Below are positions 28,628 to 38,362 of a stretch of 64,000 nucleotides of DNA, one piece after another (the first letter of the stretch is position 1; every line of letters begins with the position of its first letter). The position numbers were made by a program, and so were the translations under genes. The notes beneath the pieces are model-generated. The model did no database searches. It was given only the letters and a program-made list of their open reading frames with translations, and was not told the DNA's origin. The stretch lies in IMG/VR virus record IMGVR_UViG_3300032268_000986, positions 124,001-188,000 of that record; one strand, 5' to 3'.

Positions 28628-29446
28628 ACCAAAGTCATCACGCATTCTCTGCAGGAAGTTTTCGGCAATTTCCACCTGCCCCGATGGTGCCATGTGATAG
28701 CCGGGATCTTGGCCCACATGTTCGTGACGAGCACTGATGGGCAAGTAACTTTGTTTTTCATTCAACATGATGTTGCGGTCTGGAATCATAGAGGGGAATG
28801 CCGTACGCCACTGTGTTTGGTTGGCAGGATCAAACGGCCACAGCAGTATGGGAACCACTATGAAATTGATACCATCTAGATGCAGTTGCATGATGCCTTC
28901 GCGAATGATCCACTCGTCTTGTTGCTTCTTCCAGTCTGAATCATACAGGTTGTTGATGTAGTGCTTGACCGCAGTCTGCGCATCGTGACTGATTTTTTGT
29001 GACCTGTATTGGTGTGGATAGTTTTCAGCCAAGCTGAAAATGGTTTCACAAATCATGCGATAGGGATTGTTGCCATAGTTGACATTGTCAATGCCAGCTG
29101 CTCGATCGTATCCATTTTTCAATTGGGTATTCTGTAGGTGACGCTGTAGGTCTGAACCTCTGCCGCCCCAACCTCTGCCTTTGTCTTCACTATCACTGGG
29201 TTGATACGGAGCCGCTGAAGCAGGTATTTCCATTCTGTCCCAGAACGTGGGAGTGATTATTGCAAAGTCTGGACGCTGGCGTCTTATTTCTTCTATCTGC
29301 ACACGCACACCACCGTTGCTGCACCCCTGACGTGCTAGATTAACAAGGTTCCAGCCCAAGCGTTGAGACATGACTTCGCTCCAGGCTGTGCCGGGCAGGG
29401 TTTGACTGGGTGCTGAATAACTACAGCCTGCTACCATTAACTTCAT
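28619..29446 (-). CDS. SGNH/GDSL hydrolase-like protein
   Basis: VAGCSYS (block I), NLARQGCSN (block II), DPGYH (block V-like). Confidence 0.6.
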   Translation of the reverse strand: MKLMVAGCSYSAPSQTLPGTAWSEVMSQRLGWNLVNLARQGCSNGGVRVQIEEIRRQRPDFAIITPTFWDRMEIPASAAPYQPSDSEDKGRGWGGRGSDLQRHLQNTQLKNGYDRAAGIDNVNYGNNPYRMICETIFSLAENYPHQYRSQKISHDAQTAVKHYINNLYDSDWKKQQDEWIIREGIMQLHLDGINFIVVPILLWPFDPANQTQWRTAFPSMIPDRNIMLNEKQSYLPISARHEHVGQDPGYHMAPSGQVEIAENFLQRMRDDFGLN

Positions 29447-29988
29447 TAGTGATCCTTGAGAAATTCTTTGACTGATGTGGGGATGGTGTACTCGTTGATG
29501 TGTCCCAGACTGTGAAAACCAGCCACAATGTCCTTGTGCATGGGCAGTTCGCTGGAATCATACACGCCCGGGGGAATTACAAAACGATTTGTTCCTTGTC
29601 CGTGTGGTGCAAATGTTGCCAAGTTTGAGTGATTGGCCACTGCGTCATGCACCAAGCGATGGTGTATGTGTCCGTAATCACCTTCAGCATCATGAGTCAA
29701 CACAAGATCAAATCCTTGGGCCAGGTCATACATGCGTCTTTGTGCTTCGGTACTGCTCCAACGAGTGAACTGTTGTTGTTGCTGATCTGCATAGTCATCT
29801 TCAAATCCCAGGAACACTGTTTTGATCCCACGTCGACGCCAAAATGCAGCAACTTCACTGCCGCGTGGACTGGTTTCAGTATAGGTCAAATAACCAATGG
29901 TCCAGTCCAGTCGCTGATAGCGATGGATAAAACTGTATCCAAATATCACACAATCATCAGGATGTGCAACTAGGCATAGTGCTTTCAT
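29446..29988 (-). CDS. PIG-L/LmbE-family deacetylase
   Basis: VAHPDD and LTHDAEGDYGHIHH metal-binding motifs. Confidence 0.82.
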   Translation of the reverse strand: MKALCLVAHPDDCVIFGYSFIHRYQRLDWTIGYLTYTETSPRGSEVAAFWRRRGIKTVFLGFEDDYADQQQQQFTRWSSTEAQRRMYDLAQGFDLVLTHDAEGDYGHIHHRLVHDAVANHSNLATFAPHGQGTNRFVIPPGVYDSSELPMHKDIVAGFHSLGHINEYTIPTSVKEFLKDH

Positions 29989-30806
29989 TTGATTCCCTTT
30001 GTAACTAAAAAGTCTAGGTAACATTGTTGACGTTCACTGTCAAGATTTGACCAGGCATTGCGATGCACACTCACAGTCATGCTGTTTTGCATTTCTGTAA
30101 ACTTGCGATCAAATGATTCAACTTCACTGTGACACACATTGCACACCGGAACCGATTGAATCTGTGTGTTGTACAGTGTGTCAAAGTTGCCATGCATGGC
30201 ATGCACAAATCCCGAATACAAAATAAATTCAGTCAGTCGACCGTGAGCTTGAAACCACTGTGGGAACACCTGACCAGACTGTGTTTCCACAGCAGCAATC
30301 ATGGCTCTAGCTGTGGCATTGTGTACAAAGAACGGCACCCCACCGGGACCAATCTGTTGTGGTAGATCAATCTTGAAAAAATCATTTACAATACTGCGAC
30401 TGGCCTCAAACACTGGATAGATGTCCAGTGTGCCTACCTGCACTCGACCGTGCTGATCAAACAACTTGGCTAACTCAAGCTCATGTACAAATATGGTCTT
30501 GGCATCCAAGACCATGCTCCAGGTGTTGTAGCTCATGCCCGATGCCATGAGCTTGATGGCTTGTTGACTTACCCAACCAGTGGTGTGAAACGAGGTAGAG
30601 AATGCGCTGGCAGGTACAATTCGAACCCTGGACTGCATGCTGCCCCACCAAGCAGTGTCAATTTCTTGAGCCACTGCGTCGTCATCATTTACAAACACAT
30701 AGATGCTGCTGGCACCAATGTTCCGACAGTAGAGGTCAAGGCTCTGAGCCTGCCGACGCAGCACATCAAGCTCGTCTCGAAAAACCACAGTAACAATATC
30801 AATCAT
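29985..30806 (-). CDS. GT-A-like protein (DUF6492-like)
   Basis: GWVSQQAIKL, VLDAKT; paralog of 26637..27515. Confidence 0.55.
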   Translation of the reverse strand: MIDIVTVVFRDELDVLRRQAQSLDLYCRNIGASSIYVFVNDDDAVAQEIDTAWWGSMQSRVRIVPASAFSTSFHTTGWVSQQAIKLMASGMSYNTWSMVLDAKTIFVHELELAKLFDQHGRVQVGTLDIYPVFEASRSIVNDFFKIDLPQQIGPGGVPFFVHNATARAMIAAVETQSGQVFPQWFQAHGRLTEFILYSGFVHAMHGNFDTLYNTQIQSVPVCNVCHSEVESFDRKFTEMQNSMTVSVHRNAWSNLDSERQQCYLDFLVTKGIK

Positions 30807-31204
30807 GCAGTATGTATGAGGTCAAACAGTGGGCCAGCGTGAAATTCTCCTGACTGGGCCGTGATGCCTTGAGACAAATCAGCATGATTAAGTGGTACAA
30901 TATGTGTTTCCACTGGGACGTCACCCTGTAACTGCATCAAGGCCAACATGCGGTGCCGCCCATTGTGTGCAATCACTGCGGGAGGATCTTGGTTGTCAAG
31001 ATACAACACAGGATATCCAATTCCGGGATAAACCAGTCTGTGCTTGATCCAGTCAATGGTGTTCTGTTCTTGTGCGGTAAGCTCAATTGGCCGGCACAAC
31101 GATAGAAATACTGTAGGGCGCATGCTCACCAACAAACGATGCGTATCTGCAGGTAAATGAGCAGCTCCTATACCATAGTCGTTGTTGATGGTGTACGTGG
31201 TCAT
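30803..31204 (-). CDS. ParB/Srx-like domain protein
   Basis: VIAHNGRHRMLAL resembles the DGxHR motif. Confidence 0.5.
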   Translation of the reverse strand: MTTYTINNDYGIGAAHLPADTHRLLVSMRPTVFLSLCRPIELTAQEQNTIDWIKHRLVYPGIGYPVLYLDNQDPPAVIAHNGRHRMLALMQLQGDVPVETHIVPLNHADLSQGITAQSGEFHAGPLFDLIHTA

Positions 31205-32646
31205 TTGTTACGACCCGACTTCATGTTGGCGCACCAGTGATACATGCGGGCCTTCTCACCTGATGCACGTTTGGCACGGGCACGTAGGTCAGTAACTGAT
31301 CCGTCGCAGCTGGCACCTGCCCGTTTCACACGGCCCGGGCGACTCTTGCCTTGGACTTTGCCGTCTGCAAAGTTTTCATTCAAGCCATTTAATTCTTGTT
31401 CACCTTGAGGTGTTAGAAACCAGAACCCGTCACCTGGTGTAACAATCAAGCCGGCATTTTCTAAACTGTCGTATACATTTTGTTGTGCATCAGTTATACC
31501 ACGTATGTCTTGTTGAAAATCCAATCCATGGTTGTTGGCTACATCAATTGCTTTCATTAATAGTAATTTACCGTAACCTTGTCCTTGCCAGCGTGATTCA
31601 ACTTCTGCTTCATTGTTGACGTCATCTGTGTCAGCACTGCGTACAAAATTGAAATACCCTACATGTTTTCCATGCACTGCTAGTGTGATTTGAAAACTGT
31701 GTTTATATCCGTCAGGTGAAGTGACTGTGAATTTTACAGGGTTTCCGCCATCTGCAAAGTTTTCTGCCACAGCTGGTTGTACTCTACTCAATTCATATAT
31801 AACTAAATCGCCAGTGTCTGCACGAAAAGCTCTATAACCCCAGGCCCGAGCATAACGTTGAACCAGTCTGTCATACAACTTGGCACGACTTTCAGGATTT
31901 GGTTGAGGCTGGTCAGGCTCATAATATATTGTTGGGTCAGTTGCTTTACTGGCTGAAAAACTCAATCTTGAAGGTTTGTATTTTTTAATGTACTTTTGTA
32001 TGGAAGCCAACACTGTGGCAAAGATTCTCTGGGCATCGCCTTCGCCAGTGACTTCTTGACTGTTGTTTCTATAAAATTCAACCTGCACTATTTCTTTGCC
32101 CTCGTCATCTTGTTGATTGTTGAACATGATGCTTAAATTTGTTCCGTCGGGCAATTTGGCCAACATATCAACATCACCATACTCACTTTTTTCTGATTTG
32201 GTTTTGTAGGGGTTGTTGAAAGCTTCTGGCACAGGTTCCCAGGCCATGTTTTTACTGCCCTTGACCGCAGGCCGGAATCCCTGTGATCGATAGAACTTCA
32301 TCAGTTTGCTTTGACTGACTTGGCCCTTGTCCCAGGGGTATAATGTGAGTGCAATGTTATCTTCTTGTGCCAGACGTTGCAGTTCCCGCATGGCACGTGA
32401 TCCAACTCCGGCACGCAGGGGATAGGCCTGGAACCATTTGACTTCCACTGCGTCACGTTTGCTGTTGCTGGGTGTGAGTTCAAACATGGCAAACTGTTGA
32501 TCCTCGCCTGAACCGCCCATGGGCATGACATGATTGTTTTGCCAGGTCTGTGGATATGCTGCATAGACTTTTTGAATCCAGTCATATGCTCGTTGCTGTG
32601 GACTCAGCTTGATTGTGTTGTCAACAATGAATTCCTGTGCTCTCAT
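31201..32646 (-). CDS. Modular protein with two GNAT acetyltransferase-like domains and a basic C-terminal module
   Basis: MRAQEF start; AGVGSRAM..KFYRSQGF (GNAT 1); VESRWQGQGYGKLLL (GNAT 2); duplicated ENFADG. Confidence 0.75.
   Translation of the reverse strand: MRAQEFIVDNTIKLSPQQRAYDWIQKVYAAYPQTWQNNHVMPMGGSGEDQQFAMFELTPSNSKRDAVEVKWFQAYPLRAGVGSRAMRELQRLAQEDNIALTLYPWDKGQVSQSKLMKFYRSQGFRPAVKGSKNMAWEPVPEAFNNPYKTKSEKSEYGDVDMLAKLPDGTNLSIMFNNQQDDEGKEIVQVEFYRNNSQEVTGEGDAQRIFATVLASIQKYIKKYKPSRLSFSASKATDPTIYYEPDQPQPNPESRAKLYDRLVQRYARAWGYRAFRADTGDLVIYELSRVQPAVAENFADGGNPVKFTVTSPDGYKHSFQITLAVHGKHVGYFNFVRSADTDDVNNEAEVESRWQGQGYGKLLLMKAIDVANNHGLDFQQDIRGITDAQQNVYDSLENAGLIVTPGDGFWFLTPQGEQELNGLNENFADGKVQGKSRPGRVKRAGASCDGSVTDLRARAKRASGEKARMYHWCANMKSGRNK
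31364..31764. repeat. 14-bp direct repeat TCTGCAAAGTTTTC flanking the second GNAT module
   Basis: Exact copies at 31364-31377 and 31751-31764. Confidence 0.9.
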
Positions 32647-32650
32647 AAAA

Positions 32651-35600
32651 CTATTTAACTACGCCTTCGTCTAGCTCGTCTTCGGTCATGATTGGCACAA
32701 CAGACATTTCTGTGCCGTATGCATAACCGTTGTTCTGCATCCACTGAGTGGCCACACGATTTGCATCACGTTGCTGATTACCAATACCTGAGAATCTATA
32801 CAACTCATTACCATCAGCATCTAGAATCTGCCAAGCACCGGAGAATGTGCCCGGAGTGGCTCGTTGCTGTGCCAAGGCTGCTGTGCTTCCAGGGTAGACC
32901 ACCTCTATATCTGGTTCAATGTCAATGATACCATTTTGAGAAGAATCTTGACCAGTCTGACGAGTTCTCACTTCAAACTCATTGGGATTGTGTCCGTTTT
33001 GGCTTAGCCAAGTTCGTGCTTCGGATTCTGCATTGCGTCGGTACGTGCTGGGCGGGTTGAAGTAAACTTGATTGTTGCTTCTGCTGGCCACTTCCCAGGG
33101 CCCAGGACCGGTGGGTCTCAGCGGGTTAGTATCTGTCTGAGTGTTGGTCACACCGGGGCCACGCCGCATGCCAAATGTTCTTATAGCATCCTGAGTGTTC
33201 AATCTATGCGGCCCGTGCGCACGATAATCATCTAGGCGAATCTGAGCTTCGTCATCGTTGCGTAGCTGTGCAGTGTCAACTACCGCACCAGTTTCTCTAT
33301 TGTAGATTTCGTAATCAACACTGGTGTCCACACCTTGTGGCTCTGGTGCAGCAGGTTCAATCTCTTGAACTGTTAATTCAAGATCATTTCCAGGGTTCCT
33401 TATGTTGTAATCCTGTATCCAGGCTCGAGCAGCGGCCTGGTCTCTAAATCGTCTAGTCACAGACTCGCCGTCAACATTCATTGTTGCAAAGCGATCAAGC
33501 ACTGCTACCCAAATACCCCAATTGCCAGTTGGTGTGCTGTCTTGTTCTTCAGCTGGGCGAATGGGCTGAGCCTGCCAGCCTTTGTCTCTAAACCATTCTT
33601 GTTCAGTGGCACCGCCGGTGTTCAAATTCCATTGTTGTCGGGCTTGTTGCATGGCTTCAAATTTACTAGAAGCAATGACCTCTATGCCTTGACTTTGATA
33701 TGGAGAATCACTTGCACCAGTGACCTTCCATACAAATGGTCTATCCAAACTTTTATTATCAACAGGCTCTTCATACGGACGCACTGGCTTGGCCACAACT
33801 GATTGTCTGGTGTTGGCCCAGCTGGGATAGCCATCTGCACCCAAGGCTTTTTCAATGGCTTCTTCTTTAGTGGTGGCAACAACTTCTATACCGGCTAGAC
33901 TTTGCGGGGGATTTGTCACGCTCCACCACATTTTTTTACCGCTAGTCGCGCCGCGTTTGACCTGTCGTGTCAGCTGAGCCTGCTTGACAAAACTGCGCAG
34001 GGCTGCCTTGGGAATCTTGCCGGCTACGTATTCGGAAAAATATCTTATAGTGTCAGCGTCATCCTTGTTGTTTTCAGTCAACAGCTTGTACAGCTTCTTG
34101 AGGTATTCTTCTCTGTATGCTGCAGGATTCAAGGCAGCACTCATGGCCACTGTGAATCGCAACAGGGTGTTTTCAATTTGATCAAAGTTTTCGTCCAGCC
34201 AGTCGCCACCAGGTGAGCGGAATTCAATGTGCCCGTCCTTGGTATTGATTGATGTGTACTTGCTGGTCACACCCGAGTGTATGGCCTTGGAAGCCAGGCT
34301 GTCCAAGTTGCCTTTCATTTTTTCCAGCAGTTGTTGAGCCGAGTCTGGATCGTTGCGCACCTTGCCCTTGACCATGTCCAGGGCAGACTTGGCATAGGTG
34401 TTGCCAGCTCGGCCAAACAGATCCAGCACATATTTGTCGCCCATCAGCAGGGCCAGTTTTACAAAGTCCAGATTCTCTCTGCTGTAGCCCGGCACTGAAA
34501 TATTGATGTGCAGGCCTGTGGAGTCATTGGTATAGCAGCCATATTCCTTGGCCCAGGCCTTGACCTTGTTCAAGTCGCTGAGTATTTCGTCAATGGGCAA
34601 GGGCGGGCTCACAAACTCCAGGCCAGTGTCGCCAGGATTATCGCCATCCAAGCTGCCGTCTGGTTCCACAATATAGTGTTGTGATGTTGGGCTAGGACGC
34701 GGTACTCGTCCTGAATGATAGCTGCCACTGGCCTTGGTGTCACGACCAATGGCGTTTTCAAACTCCTGTGCCACATCTTCAATGCTGGCTTCGCCACCGC
34801 CTACAGTGGTCCAGTACGGCCAAGAAATCTCATAGGCATTTTCTACACCGCTCATGCGATCCAAGTCTTCGGCATCCAGCCAGTCGCTTTCGTCGTAACT
34901 TTCAAAATTTTCTTCACGGAACTCTTCAAAAGCATCACTACTGCCGGGGTCGATATGCAGGTTGGCAATGTATACCTCTAGTGCTTCCTCACGAGCTTCG
35001 CCCTCCAAGCCGTCGGGATTCCACTCAGATTCGTCTACATTGTTGGGCACCCATTCTTCTAGGAATTCTTCGCCACTGCGTTCCCAGTCTCGATAGAGTT
35101 TGTCATCCAGCCATTCCTGGAAATCATTCTGCATTCTTTCACGCAGGCGTTCTACTTCTCTACGACCATTGTAGTCACCATCATGGAAGAAGGCCACAGC
35201 ATCATCAATGCTGCGGCAGCGTTCGTCTTGGTCATAGTCTGGCTCCAGATCACCGTCATCATCGTTTTCGGTGTTGGGCACAATCATTTCAAATTCCATG
35301 CCGGCAATGGCGCCGGTACGGGCAGCTTCCTGCCGCAGGCTTGACGGACTCATGTTGATCTCACCCAGGAACTCATCTTCCAACAAGGCAAATTCCCAAT
35401 GTAGGTCATTGGCAAGCTCTTCACGCAGGTTGGCAGTCTTCATCAACAGTGCCGGGCGGCCTTGACTGTCAGTGTCCAAGGCCAGCTTGTTGGCTTCTCG
35501 GCCCACTTGTCCAGGCTTGATATCCACAGTCAAGGCCATGCTGTAGCGCGGGTCACGTGCTTCTTTTTTGTTTCGGGGAATGTAGCCCGATGCACTTTCT

Positions 35601-36772
35601 TTGATGGGTGCATCATCAAACTGTTCAGGATGTGCGACGGCCCAGTCACGCATGATAATGCCGGCTCTAGCATTGGCATCGTTTTCCCAGCGTGATCCAG
35701 TTTCTCCTGCGTCTGCAGGCAAGGGGCGAGTCTGATGCTGGGCGCAGTGTACCAGTTCATGTGCCACGGTACGCAGTACATCCAGTATGTGTCGATTTGT
35801 CAAGCTCACATTCAGCGTGTGTGCTTCAGGATCGTAGCGACCAAAGCTGTGATTGCTGGTGCCCCAGTCAGGGTCAGTGTGCAACACCACACGTGGTAAA
35901 GGATCAATATCTAACCGGTTGGCCACATGTTGTATAAAATCATTGATAGTGTCTGGATCCAAGTCATCTTCACAGAACATCTTGGTACTGGGGCTGACAC
36001 CGTCGGGCGTGGATCCTGCATCTTCAGCAAAGCCATAACGGAAACGCTGACGCGGCTTGTTTTGTTCACGCAGACTCAGCTCATGATCACGAGCAGCAGT
36101 TCTAGCATCACGCAAGGCCTTGATGCAGCCCTTGGTTCTTAGAATTTTAAAAACAATGTTTTCGCAGCCAAACTCACCATGCTGGTCCAGCCCACTCTGG
36201 CGCATGTTTCTAATCTTGTCCCATAGCCGGCCCATGGCATCTGCATCACCCGACTGAATGGCGCTGTGAATGCGAGCGTCTAGGTCTTCTACCTTGGCTC
36301 GCACACAGGTGTCATCAATACGAGCACGTTTTTTACGTGGTACTTGTATCCAACGGTCATTCATGACCGAGTATTCGCCTTGGCTTACCGGAGCTTCGGC
36401 AGCATTTTGCACATAGAGTTCAACTGGTATCTTGCCAATGGACAATGTGTGTTCGTCATTGTACTGATATTTCTTGGCGTTGAACAGTTCTTGATACACA
36501 TCATCCTGGCTGGGAAAATCCACCACAAGATGTAGATCAATATCTGACTGCGGAGTATAACTGAAAGCAGCATTGCTGCCGCTCACAGTTATGTCTTTTA
36601 CCTGTAGGTCAGATACACCTAGAAACTCCCGAAAATCAGCAGCAATTTCCAGGAGTTTGTCACGTACCTCGGGCAACATGTTTTCATCTCGTGCCCAAAT
36701 CACAGGATTGAGACGATTGTGAAATTTTACTGCGTCGGTTAATTTAAAAGAATCCAGCTCATGAATGTTCAT
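32651..36772 (-). CDS. 1373-aa multidomain protein: Pol-beta-like nucleotidyltransferase, HExxH module, amidoligase-like domain, C-terminal repeats
   Basis: SGSNA..SDIDLH; AHELVH; GMEFE, EPDGSL, GLEFVSPP, STGLHINIS, KYTSIN, IEFRSPGG. Confidence 0.8.
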   Translation of the reverse strand: MNIHELDSFKLTDAVKFHNRLNPVIWARDENMLPEVRDKLLEIAADFREFLGVSDLQVKDITVSGSNAAFSYTPQSDIDLHLVVDFPSQDDVYQELFNAKKYQYNDEHTLSIGKIPVELYVQNAAEAPVSQGEYSVMNDRWIQVPRKKRARIDDTCVRAKVEDLDARIHSAIQSGDADAMGRLWDKIRNMRQSGLDQHGEFGCENIVFKILRTKGCIKALRDARTAARDHELSLREQNKPRQRFRYGFAEDAGSTPDGVSPSTKMFCEDDLDPDTINDFIQHVANRLDIDPLPRVVLHTDPDWGTSNHSFGRYDPEAHTLNVSLTNRHILDVLRTVAHELVHCAQHQTRPLPADAGETGSRWENDANARAGIIMRDWAVAHPEQFDDAPIKESASGYIPRNKKEARDPRYSMALTVDIKPGQVGREANKLALDTDSQGRPALLMKTANLREELANDLHWEFALLEDEFLGEINMSPSSLRQEAARTGAIAGMEFEMIVPNTENDDDGDLEPDYDQDERCRSIDDAVAFFHDGDYNGRREVERLRERMQNDFQEWLDDKLYRDWERSGEEFLEEWVPNNVDESEWNPDGLEGEAREEALEVYIANLHIDPGSSDAFEEFREENFESYDESDWLDAEDLDRMSGVENAYEISWPYWTTVGGGEASIEDVAQEFENAIGRDTKASGSYHSGRVPRPSPTSQHYIVEPDGSLDGDNPGDTGLEFVSPPLPIDEILSDLNKVKAWAKEYGCYTNDSTGLHINISVPGYSRENLDFVKLALLMGDKYVLDLFGRAGNTYAKSALDMVKGKVRNDPDSAQQLLEKMKGNLDSLASKAIHSGVTSKYTSINTKDGHIEFRSPGGDWLDENFDQIENTLLRFTVAMSAALNPAAYREEYLKKLYKLLTENNKDDADTIRYFSEYVAGKIPKAALRSFVKQAQLTRQVKRGATSGKKMWWSVTNPPQSLAGIEVVATTKEEAIEKALGADGYPSWANTRQSVVAKPVRPYEEPVDNKSLDRPFVWKVTGASDSPYQSQGIEVIASSKFEAMQQARQQWNLNTGGATEQEWFRDKGWQAQPIRPAEEQDSTPTGNWGIWVAVLDRFATMNVDGESVTRRFRDQAAARAWIQDYNIRNPGNDLELTVQEIEPAAPEPQGVDTSVDYEIYNRETGAVVDTAQLRNDDEAQIRLDDYRAHGPHRLNTQDAIRTFGMRRGPGVTNTQTDTNPLRPTGPGPWEVASRSNNQVYFNPPSTYRRNAESEARTWLSQNGHNPNEFEVRTRQTGQDSSQNGIIDIEPDIEVVYPGSTAALAQQRATPGTFSGAWQILDADGNELYRFSGIGNQQRDANRVATQWMQNNGYAYGTEMSVVPIMTEDELDEGVVK

Positions 36773-36787
36773 GGCTGTATTTAGCTT

Positions 36788-37720
36788 TTATTCTGGAGCA
36801 ACCGTGCTTTGTTCCACGGGCTCGATGTTGCTGGCAATCACAGTGGCTTCGGGTTCAACATTGAGTTGTTCCGGAGCAATATCATGTCCACCTTGTGGAA
36901 CCATGCCAGCGACGTCGGCTGCAGGTGCAGAATTCACGGGCGAAAACACCGCGGCAAGATCTTGGTACAGTTTTTCTTGTGTGGTGCCATCAAACACATA
37001 GGTACCAGTGTGGCGCAACAGCACACGCTTGTCTACCCAGACTTGTCCGCCAAGGTCACGCCAGTTTTCACAGAATGTCCAGTCTTCCGAGTAGTAGCGA
37101 TTTTCACGCACTGCTGTGTCAAAATAGGTTTTCATGTACTGATTCAAACTGGCATCTAGGCCAATGTCATTGTTGAAATGACGCACAGCAGGATGGCTGT
37201 TGAGCTTTTCAAACACTTCACGCTTCATCAACAAGAAGCCTGTGCCAGTCTTGGTGACTTCGATCAAGGGATTGTCGGGCGTCTCTACAAATCCAGGAAG
37301 TCCGTTCACACACCATTTCACTGGCAGGCTCTTCATGGGATACAAGCCGCCAATCACGTCTTTTTGTGCATCCAACAGCACCAACACATGCCAGGGTTCC
37401 CAGCCAATGTCTGCGTCAATAAACATCAAGTGTGTGCTGCCTTCAGTGGCCAAGAACTTGGCAGTGAGTGTGTTTCTAGCACGGCTGATCAAGCTCTCGT
37501 TGGTCATGGTTTCCACGGTCCAATCCAGCCCCAGTTGACGGGCTGTGTTGGCCCACTTGATAAAACTCATAAAAGTCTGCTCAGTGAGTTGACCACCATA
37601 ACAAGGCATACAGAAGTGTACTCTTGTGGTTTTTAAATAGTCAAGGTTTACTTGAATATTGGTCTGGTTGGTCTGTTGTGTGTCGCTTGGGGGCGTAGTA
37701 GTGGGTTGGGCGTCTGCCAT
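36788..37720 (-). CDS. GT-A fold glycosyltransferase-like protein
   Basis: FCMPCYGG, ESLISRARN, THLMFIDADIGW, TGFLL, SEDWTFC. Confidence 0.75.
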   Translation of the reverse strand: MADAQPTTTPPSDTQQTNQTNIQVNLDYLKTTRVHFCMPCYGGQLTEQTFMSFIKWANTARQLGLDWTVETMTNESLISRARNTLTAKFLATEGSTHLMFIDADIGWEPWHVLVLLDAQKDVIGGLYPMKSLPVKWCVNGLPGFVETPDNPLIEVTKTGTGFLLMKREVFEKLNSHPAVRHFNNDIGLDASLNQYMKTYFDTAVRENRYYSEDWTFCENWRDLGGQVWVDKRVLLRHTGTYVFDGTTQEKLYQDLAAVFSPVNSAPAADVAGMVPQGGHDIAPEQLNVEPEATVIASNIEPVEQSTVAPE

Positions 37721-37783
37721 GTTTACTCCGTAAAAGTTGTGTATTATTTACAGAGTATAGCATGCTGGATGATTTTTTCCTAG

Positions 37784-38362
37784 CTATTTGACGCCAATGA
37801 TCATGAAACGAGTATATGCAGTTTCAGGATCTTCAAGAGATAGGCTGCCTGAATACAATATCTGACTCAAGGGAAATTGTTGTTGAATATCTTTTGCACT
37901 GAAAAACGGGTTCTCTTCCACATGGTCACGTGCCTGCATGGCCACTAGTGTTCCCGGAGGAATATTCTGAAACCAGTCACTGCCCGCTATGTCGGTCAGG
38001 CTCAGATTGATCACACTGCCTTGGCCGTCCAGTTGTTGGTAGTCAAGACCATTGGCGTCTTTGCGCATGTGTTCAACGCCCTGATATCCCAGTTGATCCA
38101 GCATGGTTTTACCTGTGAACAAACGTTCACTGTTGGTTTCTACATTGATTATCTTGTCTACCTCCAGGGCAGACTGGCGTCTTATCAGCAGAGCCAGGTT
38201 ACTGTACCAAGACCCCAGCACATACATCACAGAAACATAATCGGTAATCTTGGACAACTCCTGGATCAACCACAACTTGCTGAATACCAGGTCTGGTGTA
38301 AAACTACCACTGAAGCTGTAGCCTGAGCTTTCGGCCAGGCCCACTACATCTTCCACAATCAT
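37784..38362 (-). CDS. Class I methyltransferase-like protein with capsid-targeting-like N-terminus
   Basis: VMYVLGSWYS (motif I variant), INVE, TRFMIIG; begins MIVEDVVGLAE. Confidence 0.6.
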   Translation of the reverse strand: MIVEDVVGLAESSGYSFSGSFTPDLVFSKLWLIQELSKITDYVSVMYVLGSWYSNLALLIRRQSALEVDKIINVETNSERLFTGKTMLDQLGYQGVEHMRKDANGLDYQQLDGQGSVINLSLTDIAGSDWFQNIPPGTLVAMQARDHVEENPFFSAKDIQQQFPLSQILYSGSLSLEDPETAYTRFMIIGVK

